Of a DNA stretch of 55,011 nt, positions 47,240 to 55,011 are shown piece by piece. Within the stretch, counting starts at the first letter, position 1; each line of letters opens with the position of its first letter. The notes below the pieces were generated by a model that had not been told where the DNA came from, did not search any database, and worked only from the letters and a program-made list of their open reading frames with translations. Source of the DNA: Anaerolineae bacterium (GTDB taxonomy: Bacteria; Chloroflexota; Anaerolineae; B4-G1; DUEL01); assembly GCA_041082215.1 (NCBI GenBank), contig JBDOIF010000138.1:1-55011 (forward strand), read 5' to 3'. The translations under genes were made by a program, and so were the position numbers.

Positions 47240-47773
47240 TTACTGAACGCGGGGGACGATCAGGCCGTAATTGCCGTCCCGCCGCCGATAGAGGACGCTG
47301 ATCCCTCCCTCATCGGGGTCGAAGAACACGAAGAACTGGTGGCCCAGAAGCTCCATCTGCTCAATGGCCTCCTCCCGCGTCATGGGAACCACCTCAAAAC
47401 GCTTCACGCGGACAACCTCGCCTCCTGGGGTTTCCTCCGCTTCCTCCGGCGGAACGATCTCCTCCCCTCGCTTGCGCCGGTCCTCCCGCCGGGATTTGTA
47501 GCGGGTGATCTGGCGGCGCATCTTATCCAGCGCCGTATCAATGGCAGTGAACATATCGGAGGCCCGCTCCTCAGCCCGCAGGATCGTGCCCCGCGACCGG
47601 ATCGTCAGTTGCGCGACCTGCCGATGGGCGCTGGAGCGGGTGTTCTCCACCGCCAGGTCCACGCGGGCCTCCTCAATATCGAGATACCGGTCGAGCTTAG
47701 CGACCTTTTTCTCCACATACTCCCGCAGGCGCGGGGTGACTTCCAGATTCCGAGAGTAAAGTTGAATTTCCAT
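47240..47773 (-). CDS. hpf: Ribosome hibernation promoting factor, long form
   Basis: RNLEVTP.LREYVEKK, LRAEE...DM..AID, and C-terminal PM..EEAIEQMELLGH.FFVF...Y.R.DG.YGLI. Confidence 0.95.
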   Translation of the reverse strand: MEIQLYSRNLEVTPRLREYVEKKVAKLDRYLDIEEARVDLAVENTRSSAHRQVAQLTIRSRGTILRAEERASDMFTAIDTALDKMRRQITRYKSRREDRRKRGEEIVPPEEAEETPGGEVVRVKRFEVVPMTREEAIEQMELLGHQFFVFFDPDEGGISVLYRRRDGNYGLIVPRVQ

Positions 47774-47806
47774 AGTCTTCCACCTCCAGTAACAGAAATG
47801 ACATCC

Positions 47807-48529
47807 TTATGGCAGAGGAGCTCGCGCCAGCGTCAACCCCCACACCGCCTGGGCCCCTCCGGCCCGAAGGGCATCGGCGCAGGCCTCGAGCGTCGCGCCG
47901 GTGGTGCATACATCGTCAACCACCAGCACCCGTTGTCCCCTCACCCGTCCGTCGGGGCAACGGAAGGCCTCCGCTACGTTGCGTCGCCGCTCGGCCGCGC
48001 CGAGCCGCATCTGGGAGCCGGTGGACCGGGTCCGCCGGAGGGCCGTTTCGTCCACCGGCAGCCCCACCCTCGTGCCCAGCTCATATGCCAGGAGCGCGGC
48101 CTGGTTATAGCCCCGCCGCCACAGGCGGGAGGGGTGGAGGGGAACCGGAACGATCAGGTCCACAGGAAAGGGGTGGTGCTTCCACCAAGCCGCCATCAGC
48201 TCTCCCAGCGGCCCTGCCAGCTCCCGGACATGGCGGTACTTCAGCAGGTGCACCGCCCGGCGCAGGGGGCCTTCGTAAAGAAACACCGAGCGGACCCCCT
48301 CCAGGCGGAGCGGGGCCTCCCGGCAGTGGGGGCAGAGTCCCTTCTGCCGGAGAGGCACGCCGCATCGCCCACAGACCGGCCCCTCGATCCAGGGGAGCTT
48401 TGCGAAACAGCCCGGGCACAGCCAGGCATCCACGCGGCCGCAGACGACGCAGCGAGGAGGAAAAAGGAGGGCAAGCAGAGAACCCACCGCTGCCTCCCAG
48501 GGGAGGACCCGGGGTTTGGTGAGGGACAC
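47807..48529 (-). CDS. comF: ComF family protein (zinc ribbon + PRTase)
   Basis: FPPRCVVC and further CxxC pairs, PVPLH..R...RGYNQA, and VVDDVCTTGATL. Confidence 0.93.
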   Translation of the reverse strand: MSLTKPRVLPWEAAVGSLLALLFPPRCVVCGRVDAWLCPGCFAKLPWIEGPVCGRCGVPLRQKGLCPHCREAPLRLEGVRSVFLYEGPLRRAVHLLKYRHVRELAGPLGELMAAWWKHHPFPVDLIVPVPLHPSRLWRRGYNQAALLAYELGTRVGLPVDETALRRTRSTGSQMRLGAAERRRNVAEAFRCPDGRVRGQRVLVVDDVCTTGATLEACADALRAGGAQAVWGLTLARAPLP

Positions 48530-48549
48530 GCCTTGCTCCTTGGAAGCCC

Positions 48550-49491
48550 TCAGCGGAACAACCCTCCGAGGGCGCTGTTTTTGAGCGTGATCACCGCCGG
48601 CCCCAGCAGCACGATGAAGAGGGCGGGGAAGATCAGGAAGGCCGTTGGAATCATAATCTTGATCGGCGCCTGCCGGGCCAGCTCCTCCGCCCGCTGCCGC
48701 CGTCGTACCCGCATCTCGTCCGCCTGGATGCGCAACACCTTGGCGATGCTCACGCCCAACTGCTCCGCCTGAATCACGGCAGCCACAAAGGTGGAGACCT
48801 CAGGGACCTCCATGCTATCGGCCATGTTCCGCAGTGCTTCCCGGCGGAGTTTGCCCAGCTGGATCTCCTGGAGGACCTTTGCAAACGCCCGGCTGAGCTG
48901 GTTATCCCACTTCTCGACCACCTTGGCCATGGCCGCGTCGAACCCCAGCCCCGCCTCCACACAGATGGTCAACAGGTCCAGCGCATCAGGCAGGGAGCGG
49001 AAGATCTCCGTCTGCCGGCGGCGGATCTGTGACCCCAGCCAGACCACCGGCATGAAGAAGCCGAGCAACGCCACGACAGGGACGAGGAGCAGTTTCTGGA
49101 GCAAAGGCAAGCCCGCCGGCCCCACGAGGAACAGGATCGCCCCGCCAAAGACTGCGCCCAGGATATAGCGGGCGGCGAGGAACTCGCCCGGCCCGATCCG
49201 GTACGGGAACCCGGCCAGCTCGAGCTTATGGCGGGTGCGCTCGATCGTCTGCGCCGGCGTCAGGCGGGTCACAAACTCTGCCACCTGCCGCAGGATCGGC
49301 GCGACAACCCGCTCCGTAAACGGCATGGAGAGTTCGATCTCCTCCAGCGAGGGAGGACGTTCCATCGCCCCCAGCTCGGCCAGGCGGGCCTCCAGCGTGT
49401 CCTGCTCACCCGGGGCCCGCATGCCGATGACGATCAACACCATCCCCAAAAGCAAAATCACACCGACACCGATCCCCAAGATGGCCGTCAT
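48550..49491 (-). CDS. tadC: Tad pilus assembly protein TadC (T2SS F family)
   Basis: LPDALDLLTICVEAGLGFD.A, RRQRAEE.A and IFPALFIVLLGPA. Confidence 0.92.
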   Translation of the reverse strand: MTAILGIGVGVILLLGMVLIVIGMRAPGEQDTLEARLAELGAMERPPSLEEIELSMPFTERVVAPILRQVAEFVTRLTPAQTIERTRHKLELAGFPYRIGPGEFLAARYILGAVFGGAILFLVGPAGLPLLQKLLLVPVVALLGFFMPVVWLGSQIRRRQTEIFRSLPDALDLLTICVEAGLGFDAAMAKVVEKWDNQLSRAFAKVLQEIQLGKLRREALRNMADSMEVPEVSTFVAAVIQAEQLGVSIAKVLRIQADEMRVRRRQRAEELARQAPIKIMIPTAFLIFPALFIVLLGPAVITLKNSALGGLFR

Positions 49492-49511
49492 CCTGCCCCC
49501 CCTCCGCAGCC

Positions 49512-50465
49512 TCAAATCTCTATGTTCACAATCTTGCGGATGACCAGGAACCCGGAGATGATGCCCAGCACTGCGATCCCGATCATGATCCAGCCACACG
49601 GATCTTCGACCAGTTGCGTGATAAAGGTGGGGTTGACGAAGTAGATGAACAGGGTAACACCGATGGGCAGGAAGCTGATGACGTAGCCGGACATCCGGCC
49701 CGTGGCTGTGAGGGCGCGGATCTCGCCTTTGATTCGGACCCGCTCCCGGATCGTGAAGCTGATTGCGTCCAGCACCTCGGCCAGGTTACCGCCCACCTCC
49801 CGCTGCACCTTGATGGCGGTGATCATCAGATCCAGGTCGTCGGAGGTGACACGCCGCAGGAGATTGTCCAGCGCGTCTTCCATAGAGAGGCCGAGCTGGA
49901 CCTCCCGCACCACCCGGTCGAACTCCTCTGCGACCGGTGGGCCCATCTCCCGGGCCACGGCCTCCATAGCCTGCAGTACACTGTAGCCGGAGCGGATGGA
50001 GTTCACCAGCAGGTTGATGGTATCCCCGAGCTGGTTATTGAACGCTGTGAGCCGCTTCCGCTGGAGGTAGGAGACATACCAGCGGGGAGCGAAAAAGCCC
50101 ACCACCGCAGCCAGCAATGTGAACACCGGGTTGTGCTTGAGGACGTAGGCGAACCCGGCGAAAAGGACGACGGAGATCACCGTGCCGGCCAGGAACTCAC
50201 CTGCCGTCAGCTTGAGGTTGGCCCGCGCCAACTGCGTGCGGATGTTTTCCGCAATTCCCCTCCGGGCCAGCTCCCGGTCCAGCCGTTCCGCGAACGGGGA
50301 GATCCGCTCGGCCGGCGCCTCTCTCGCCGCGGCAGCCTCGCCGACAACGAAGGTATCCATCCGCTCCTTGACCGCGTCCCGCCGCCCCCGAACGAGGACG
50401 ACCACCCCATAGACGATCCCCCCTCCGAGGAGGAGGATCGCCAAGAGCGTCAAGAGCGTGTTCAT
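49512..50465 (-). CDS. tadB: Tad pilus assembly protein TadB
   Basis: FNNQL.D...L.VNS.RSGYS, QREVGGNLAEVL and IRER.RIKGEIRALTA.GR.SG. Confidence 0.92.
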   Translation of the reverse strand: MNTLLTLLAILLLGGGIVYGVVVLVRGRRDAVKERMDTFVVGEAAAAREAPAERISPFAERLDRELARRGIAENIRTQLARANLKLTAGEFLAGTVISVVLFAGFAYVLKHNPVFTLLAAVVGFFAPRWYVSYLQRKRLTAFNNQLGDTINLLVNSIRSGYSVLQAMEAVAREMGPPVAEEFDRVVREVQLGLSMEDALDNLLRRVTSDDLDLMITAIKVQREVGGNLAEVLDAISFTIRERVRIKGEIRALTATGRMSGYVISFLPIGVTLFIYFVNPTFITQLVEDPCGWIMIGIAVLGIISGFLVIRKIVNIEI

Positions 50466-50510
50466 CTCACCCCCCCCACACCCTTTATGAACAGAATTGA
50501 ACCAATCCCA

Positions 50511-51884
50511 TCAGAACCGCCTGCGGTCCCCCACTCCGAAGATCGTCGGAGGCAGGTGGATACCTGCGGCCTCGATCTTCTCCATGAACCGGGGACGCAC
50601 GCCGGTCGGTCGCAGCCGGCCGATCACCCGCCCGTCCTCGTAGCCCGCTCTCTCGAACTTGAAGATCTCGGACATGACGATGGTATCCCCCTCCATCCCC
50701 TCCACCGCCATGATACTGACCACCTTCCGGGTGCCATCCCGCATCCGCTCCAACTGGATGATCAGGTCCAGTGCGCTGGCGATCTGCTCCCGGATGGCCC
50801 GGTGCGGCAGGTCCATCCCTGCCATCAGGATCATGTTTTCCAGGCGGGCGAGGGCGTCCCGTGGGCTGTTGGCGTGGATCGTCGTCATCGAGCCTTCGTG
50901 GCCGGTGTTCATCGCCTGAAGCATATCGAAAGCCTCCGGCCCACGGCACTCCCCGACGACGATCCGGTCGGGCCTCATCCGCAGCGAGTTGATCACCAGG
51001 TCGCGGATCGTCACCTCACCCCGGCCCTCGATGTTGGGTGGGCGGGACTCGAGCGTCACCACGTGCTCCTGCTGGAGCTGAAGCTCGGCCGCGTTCTCGA
51101 TGGTGATGATCCGCTCGTCGTTGGGAATGTATCCGGAGAGGATGTTGAGGAAGGTGGTCTTGCCAGTACCCGTTCCTCCGGAAACGACGATGTTGAGCTT
51201 GGCCTGAACGCAGGCCTTGAGGAACTCGATCGCCTCCGGCGTGATGGACCCCAGTTCGATCAGTCGCTGGGCTGTGAGGGGAATCTTGTAGAACTTCCGG
51301 ATGGTCAATACCGGCCCGACGAGGGAAAGGGGCGGGATGATCGCGTTGACGCGGGAGCCGTCCGGGAGGCGAGCATCCTGGTAGGGGACGCTTTCGTCAA
51401 TGCGTCGGCCGAGCGGAGCCACGATGCGCTCGATGATCCGCATCAGATGCTCCTCCGACTCGAACGTGGCGTTCGTCCGCTCGATCTTGCCGTTGCGCTC
51501 AATGTAGATGTTCTTGGGGCCGTTGACCATGACCTCGGTGACGCTGGGGTCGGCCAGGAAAGGCTCCAGCGGTCCCAGCCCCAGGATCTCCGCCACGATC
51601 TGCTCGAAAAGCCGCTCCCGCTCGGCCCGGCTCAGGACGATGCGCTCCTCCGCCAGCACAGAGTCAAACATCTCCCGGATCGTGCGACGAAGCTCATCCT
51701 GCTGGGAAACGTCCAGAGTGGGGTCCAGCTCCTCGATCAGCTTATTCTGAATCCGCGTCTTCAGGTCCCGGAGGGCGTCGCGTACTGGCGAAGGGGCCGG
51801 GCGGCGGAGACGGGCATCGGGTGCTGCCGGCTGCTGTTGCTGCTGCTGCTGTTGCCCTTGCTCGATCCTTCTTAACAGTGACAT
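50511..51884 (-). CDS. cpaF: Tad pilus ATPase CpaF/TadA
   Basis: [42 protein letters not shown] and AMNTGHEG. Confidence 0.95.
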   Translation of the reverse strand: MSLLRRIEQGQQQQQQQQPAAPDARLRRPAPSPVRDALRDLKTRIQNKLIEELDPTLDVSQQDELRRTIREMFDSVLAEERIVLSRAERERLFEQIVAEILGLGPLEPFLADPSVTEVMVNGPKNIYIERNGKIERTNATFESEEHLMRIIERIVAPLGRRIDESVPYQDARLPDGSRVNAIIPPLSLVGPVLTIRKFYKIPLTAQRLIELGSITPEAIEFLKACVQAKLNIVVSGGTGTGKTTFLNILSGYIPNDERIITIENAAELQLQQEHVVTLESRPPNIEGRGEVTIRDLVINSLRMRPDRIVVGECRGPEAFDMLQAMNTGHEGSMTTIHANSPRDALARLENMILMAGMDLPHRAIREQIASALDLIIQLERMRDGTRKVVSIMAVEGMEGDTIVMSEIFKFERAGYEDGRVIGRLRPTGVRPRFMEKIEAAGIHLPPTIFGVGDRRRF

Positions 51885-51910
51885 GGGTTCCTCCTCATCC
51901 TACCTTGACC

Positions 51911-53218
51911 TCAAGCCCCGAAAATACGGCCCAGCATACGCCGGCTGTCTTCCACAGAGGCCCACTCGTCGGCCTGCTCCTCCTCCGCTTCCAGTGCGGC
52001 CAGCCGATCGAGGACCGCCGTCGCCAGGCCCTCGAAGGCCTGAGCGATCGGCTTTCCCGCCTCCTCAACAACGATCGGCACCCCCCGATTGGCTGCCGAC
52101 ACGCCAGCACGTTCGTCGTAGGGGATGCGGCCTATAGCAGGCAGCAGGGCCTTTTCGATCTGCTCCAGTCGGATCCCCGTCCGCCAGTCGGCATGGTTGA
52201 TCACCAGGGCCAGCTTATCCTGCGGGTAGCCGAGCCGGTCGGCCAGCTCCATAAAGTGACGAGCGCCTTTGATCGCGGGGATGAGAGGGGTAGTGACGAT
52301 CAGAATCAGCTTCGCCTCGTCCAGCAGGGCCAGGGTGACATCCTCCATCCATCCCCAGGTATCAGCTACCACCACGTCGAATTCGCGCAGCATCTCTTTG
52401 AGGACGGCGCGCATCTTTCGACCCCCGCCCGCATCGCTCCCCCCCTCACCGGCCAGGAAAGCCTCCGCCGCCTCCGGGTGGGGCGGAGCCAGCAGCGCCT
52501 TGAGTCCGGAGGAATGGGGGGTCAGAACGCTGGTCAACAGGTCGGCGTCCAGCTCATCTATGTGGTCGGTCAGGTCGGCAATGCTGCGGCTGGGTTGCAG
52601 GTTGAGCATCACCCCCACATCCCCGAACTGGAGGTTGCCGTCCATCACGGCGACCCTCTGGTTTGCGCCCAGACGGCGCTGGAGGGCCACTGCCAGGTTG
52701 ACAGCTATGGTGGTGCAGCCCACCCCTCCCTTGGGGGAAAAGACCACGATCAGCCGGCCCTGCCTGGCGGCGGGATGTCTCCCCGGTCCCACTCCGAAAC
52801 CGCCCGGAGGGGTGACAATACGGGCAGCCTGGGCCCGTCCGATCTCGTAGGCGCGGCGGATCGTGCTCATCAGCTCGTCGCCGCTGGGCGGTTTGACCAG
52901 GAAATCCCTGGCCCCGGCCGCCATCGCCCGGCGCATATACCCGGTCTCCCCCTGCACCGAAAGGATGACGATCTGGGCCGTCGGCACGTCCCGGACGATC
53001 TGCTCGGTCGCGGTGATGCCATCTATACCGGGCAGGTTGATGTCCATCAGGACGACATGCGGCCGGGTCTCCCGGGCCAGCGCAACCCCCTCCTCGCCGG
53101 TGGCGGCGGCCCCTACTACCTCGATGTCGGGGTCGAAGGAGAGCAGCTTGCGCAGGTTCTCCCGCGTCTCCGCTATATCGTCAACGATCAGAACCCGGAT
53201 CCTCTCTCGACTTTCCAC
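51911..53218 (-). CDS. cpaE: CpaE/TadZ: receiver domain + MinD-like ATPase
   Basis: Receiver motifs VLIVDD, MDINLP and KP. SPKGGVGCTT and D.NLQFGDV. Confidence 0.9.
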   Translation of the reverse strand: MESRERIRVLIVDDIAETRENLRKLLSFDPDIEVVGAAATGEEGVALARETRPHVVLMDINLPGIDGITATEQIVRDVPTAQIVILSVQGETGYMRRAMAAGARDFLVKPPSGDELMSTIRRAYEIGRAQAARIVTPPGGFGVGPGRHPAARQGRLIVVFSPKGGVGCTTIAVNLAVALQRRLGANQRVAVMDGNLQFGDVGVMLNLQPSRSIADLTDHIDELDADLLTSVLTPHSSGLKALLAPPHPEAAEAFLAGEGGSDAGGGRKMRAVLKEMLREFDVVVADTWGWMEDVTLALLDEAKLILIVTTPLIPAIKGARHFMELADRLGYPQDKLALVINHADWRTGIRLEQIEKALLPAIGRIPYDERAGVSAANRGVPIVVEEAGKPIAQAFEGLATAVLDRLAALEAEEEQADEWASVEDSRRMLGRIFGA

Positions 53219-53236
53219 AGCTTTTCCTCAAACTCA

Positions 53237-54295
53237 TCACTGCGGCGGACGGGTGGTAGCCTCCGCTCCAGACTCAACCTGCTGCTGCAGCGGGTTCATC
53301 GCAGGCGGGATCACCCCATAGGGCAGCTTTGGCGGCAGGGAGACGCCATACCGGGTGAGGATGTATTCCATTGAAACCGGGTCCGTCGTCACAATATCGT
53401 GATCGCCAGCCGGCCGGAGCGCCAGGTCAATGTCGGCCTGAAGCTCCACCAGCGCCTTCAACACCAGCGCATCCTGGGGGTCCACGACCAGGATCACCGC
53501 CTGGGCCGTCGGGGCAGATGGGGTCGGAGTCGCCTCGGGCTGGGCCGCTTCGGCTTCACCTCTCCCCCCCTCGGCGGGCCGGACCGTCTCCCCGGTGATC
53601 GGCGTCACCTCGAACCTGCCCACGCCCAGGACCATCACGTTCTGAATGGTGAGCTGGGCCACATACCGCTGCTCGGCTTCCTGGCTCGGGTAAACCATGA
53701 TCACCTGGCCGGTAGGCAACACCTCCAGCCGGCCATAGGTGCCAGAACACTGCGCCTCCCCACCTATGCACATATACAGGTTGGGCAGGAGGGACTGGAA
53801 CTCCTCATCCAGCTCGGTAATATACCAGGAGGCCAGCACGTCCACATAGTCCCCCGGCTTGACCGTCCACGCGACGGCCCCGAGCAAGTCCATGGGAATC
53901 GCATAAGCCCGCTTCCCCTTCGGGAGCAGAGTGGCCGCTTCGGACCCGGCCGCCCCGATCCCCTCCAGGCTGGGCGTGAGCATGCTGGGCATCAGAGGCA
54001 TACCCTGGGCGATATCCACCCGGACGATGTAGCCCAGGACCTCTTCGATATCGGTGTAATACGCTGGCGGCAACTGATCAATGGGCCAGGGCTGTAACTG
54101 CACCCGATCCCTGGTGATTTCCATACCACGGGTCAAATTGTTGGCGGAGATCAGGATCTCGGTCGTCTGCGGCGTCGCCTCCTCTGGCACTCCCGTTGTG
54201 GGAGCCGGGGCTCTCCTCAGGAAGAGCAAGCCAACGCCGATGGCAATGGCGATGATGATCAGACCCACCAGCACGAGAACCCGCCTGCTACCCAT
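53237..54295 (-). CDS. cpaB: Flp pilus assembly protein CpaB/RcpC (SAF domain)
   Basis: N-terminal TM, SAF domain, G.RA.AI, VKPGD.VDV, IQNVMVL.VG and LALRP.GD. Confidence 0.88.
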   Translation of the reverse strand: MGSRRVLVLVGLIIIAIAIGVGLLFLRRAPAPTTGVPEEATPQTTEILISANNLTRGMEITRDRVQLQPWPIDQLPPAYYTDIEEVLGYIVRVDIAQGMPLMPSMLTPSLEGIGAAGSEAATLLPKGKRAYAIPMDLLGAVAWTVKPGDYVDVLASWYITELDEEFQSLLPNLYMCIGGEAQCSGTYGRLEVLPTGQVIMVYPSQEAEQRYVAQLTIQNVMVLGVGRFEVTPITGETVRPAEGGRGEAEAAQPEATPTPSAPTAQAVILVVDPQDALVLKALVELQADIDLALRPAGDHDIVTTDPVSMEYILTRYGVSLPPKLPYGVIPPAMNPLQQQVESGAEATTRPPQ

Positions 54296-54332
54296 CAGGC
54301 TGCCTCCTCAGGTTTTGTAGAAAAGCTATTCG

Positions 54333-54404
54333 CTACGAAGACACAGAGGGCACGGAGTTCCCAAAAGTTTTCACCTCTTCTTTATGTCCTCCGTGCCTCT
54401 GTGG
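54333..54404. repeat. CACGGAG/CTCCGTG-type palindromic repeat, copy 2
   Basis: acacagagggcacggag...tcctccgtgcctctgtgg. Confidence 0.7.
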
Positions 54405-54432
54405 TCAACTCCTTCGCTCCGCTTTCAGTTCT

Positions 54433-54460
54433 ATGATACCGACTTCTGTCCAGATGTCAA
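54433..54460 (-). promoter_or_regulatory. Putative cpaB operon promoter
   Basis: Minus strand TTGACA-16-TATCAT. Confidence 0.7.
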
Positions 54461-54496
54461 GGCCGAGACGTGATATAAGGAAACGGATAGAGCCGG

Positions 54497-54544
54497 TTTT
54501 AGCTACGCCCTTTCCGGCCTTCTCGGGACCGAAAAGGGCGTAGC
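54497..54544 (-). terminator. Hairpin after the VWA gene
   Basis: gctacgcccttt...aaagggcgtagc inverted repeat. Confidence 0.55.
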
Positions 54545-54571
54545 AGATGGACGGGATGCCTGCTGGAGGAT

Positions 54572-55009
54572 TCATTCGACCAGGCGAAGGAAGATCCGCT
54601 CGTACAACTCGTCGAAGATCGCGTTGAGCTTCTCCGGCCGATCGGCGTTGCGGTGGACGCCTCCGGTGATGTCCGCTACCGCCTCCATCAGCTCAAAGTC
54701 AGCCGTTCCGCCCAGGGTGATCGTATAGACCACGATGCTGTTGTCGCGGGCCTGTCGGGCATAGTAGATGACGCAATCCCGGCCCCGCACCTCGCTGATT
54801 TCGCCCGAGTTGTCCGGCCAGAGGTCCTCCTTCCAGCACGTGTCGTTGGGGTACCGGTTGGCCCGCCCATCGGTCATCACGATCATCACGTGGGCGGCAC
54901 CAGGGCGGCCATAATGGCCGGACTGGGTGCTGAGCACCTGGATCCCCCGCAGCATACCATCAGCAATGTTGGTAGCACCGCCAGCGTAGGTGGCGTCCAG
55001 CGCGGCGAT
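54572..55009 (-). CDS. VWA-domain protein, TadG-like (5'-partial)
   Basis: The frame is open to the window edge. GGATNIADG, VMTDGRAN and VYTITLG motifs; adjacent to the tad genes. Confidence 0.82.
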   Translation of the reverse strand: MAALDATYAGGATNIADGMLRGIQVLSTQSGHYGRPGAAHVMIVMTDGRANRYPNDTCWKEDLWPDNSGEISEVRGRDCVIYYARQARDNSIVVYTITLGGTADFELMEAVADITGGVHRNADRPEKLNAIFDELYERIFLRLVE

Positions 55010-55011
55010 GA

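Noticed and set aside
51831..51854. PolyQ tract in cpaF as a phase-variation switch
   Set aside because: Mixed CAG/CAA triplets; slippage would keep the frame.

Overview
High-GC bacterial window, most likely Chloroflexota (Anaerolineae-like). The taxon is inferred from C-terminal LYLPxV motifs, gene content and repeat types. Left to right it holds: (1) the 3' end of a large surface protein; (2) a pair of Ser/Thr kinases, one membrane-bound and one kinase-FHA; (3) a LacI-controlled cello-/manno-oligosaccharide cluster (GH1, GH94, GH130, Opp-type ABC transporter) with three CelR-like operators; (4) an unusual GntR-linked cluster encoding a W-type aldehyde oxidoreductase, an HpnO-like aminotransferase, a membrane M28 hydrolase, an HpnA-like SDR and a 1286-aa FGGY kinase / 2-hydroxyacid dehydrogenase / SCP2 / class II aldolase fusion; (5) an RsmC-like methyltransferase and two MFS transporters; (6) a minus-strand operon with MacA/MacB-like genes, an RPH-like dikinase, two PlsY-like paralogs and a secreted chlorophyllase-like esterase; (7) menC-like, fabF, plsX, tRNA-Leu(GAG), pdp, hpf, comF and a Tad pilus locus. 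Non-coding DNA carries three copies of a 192-bp MITE (one internally deleted) and several REP-like palindrome families, five copies of which sit in-frame inside the fusion gene. The best candidate for a new system is cluster 4, which I propose catabolises a lipid-linked (amino)polyol, possibly the bacteriohopanepolyol side chain. All protein calls come from motif recognition by eye, without database searches.
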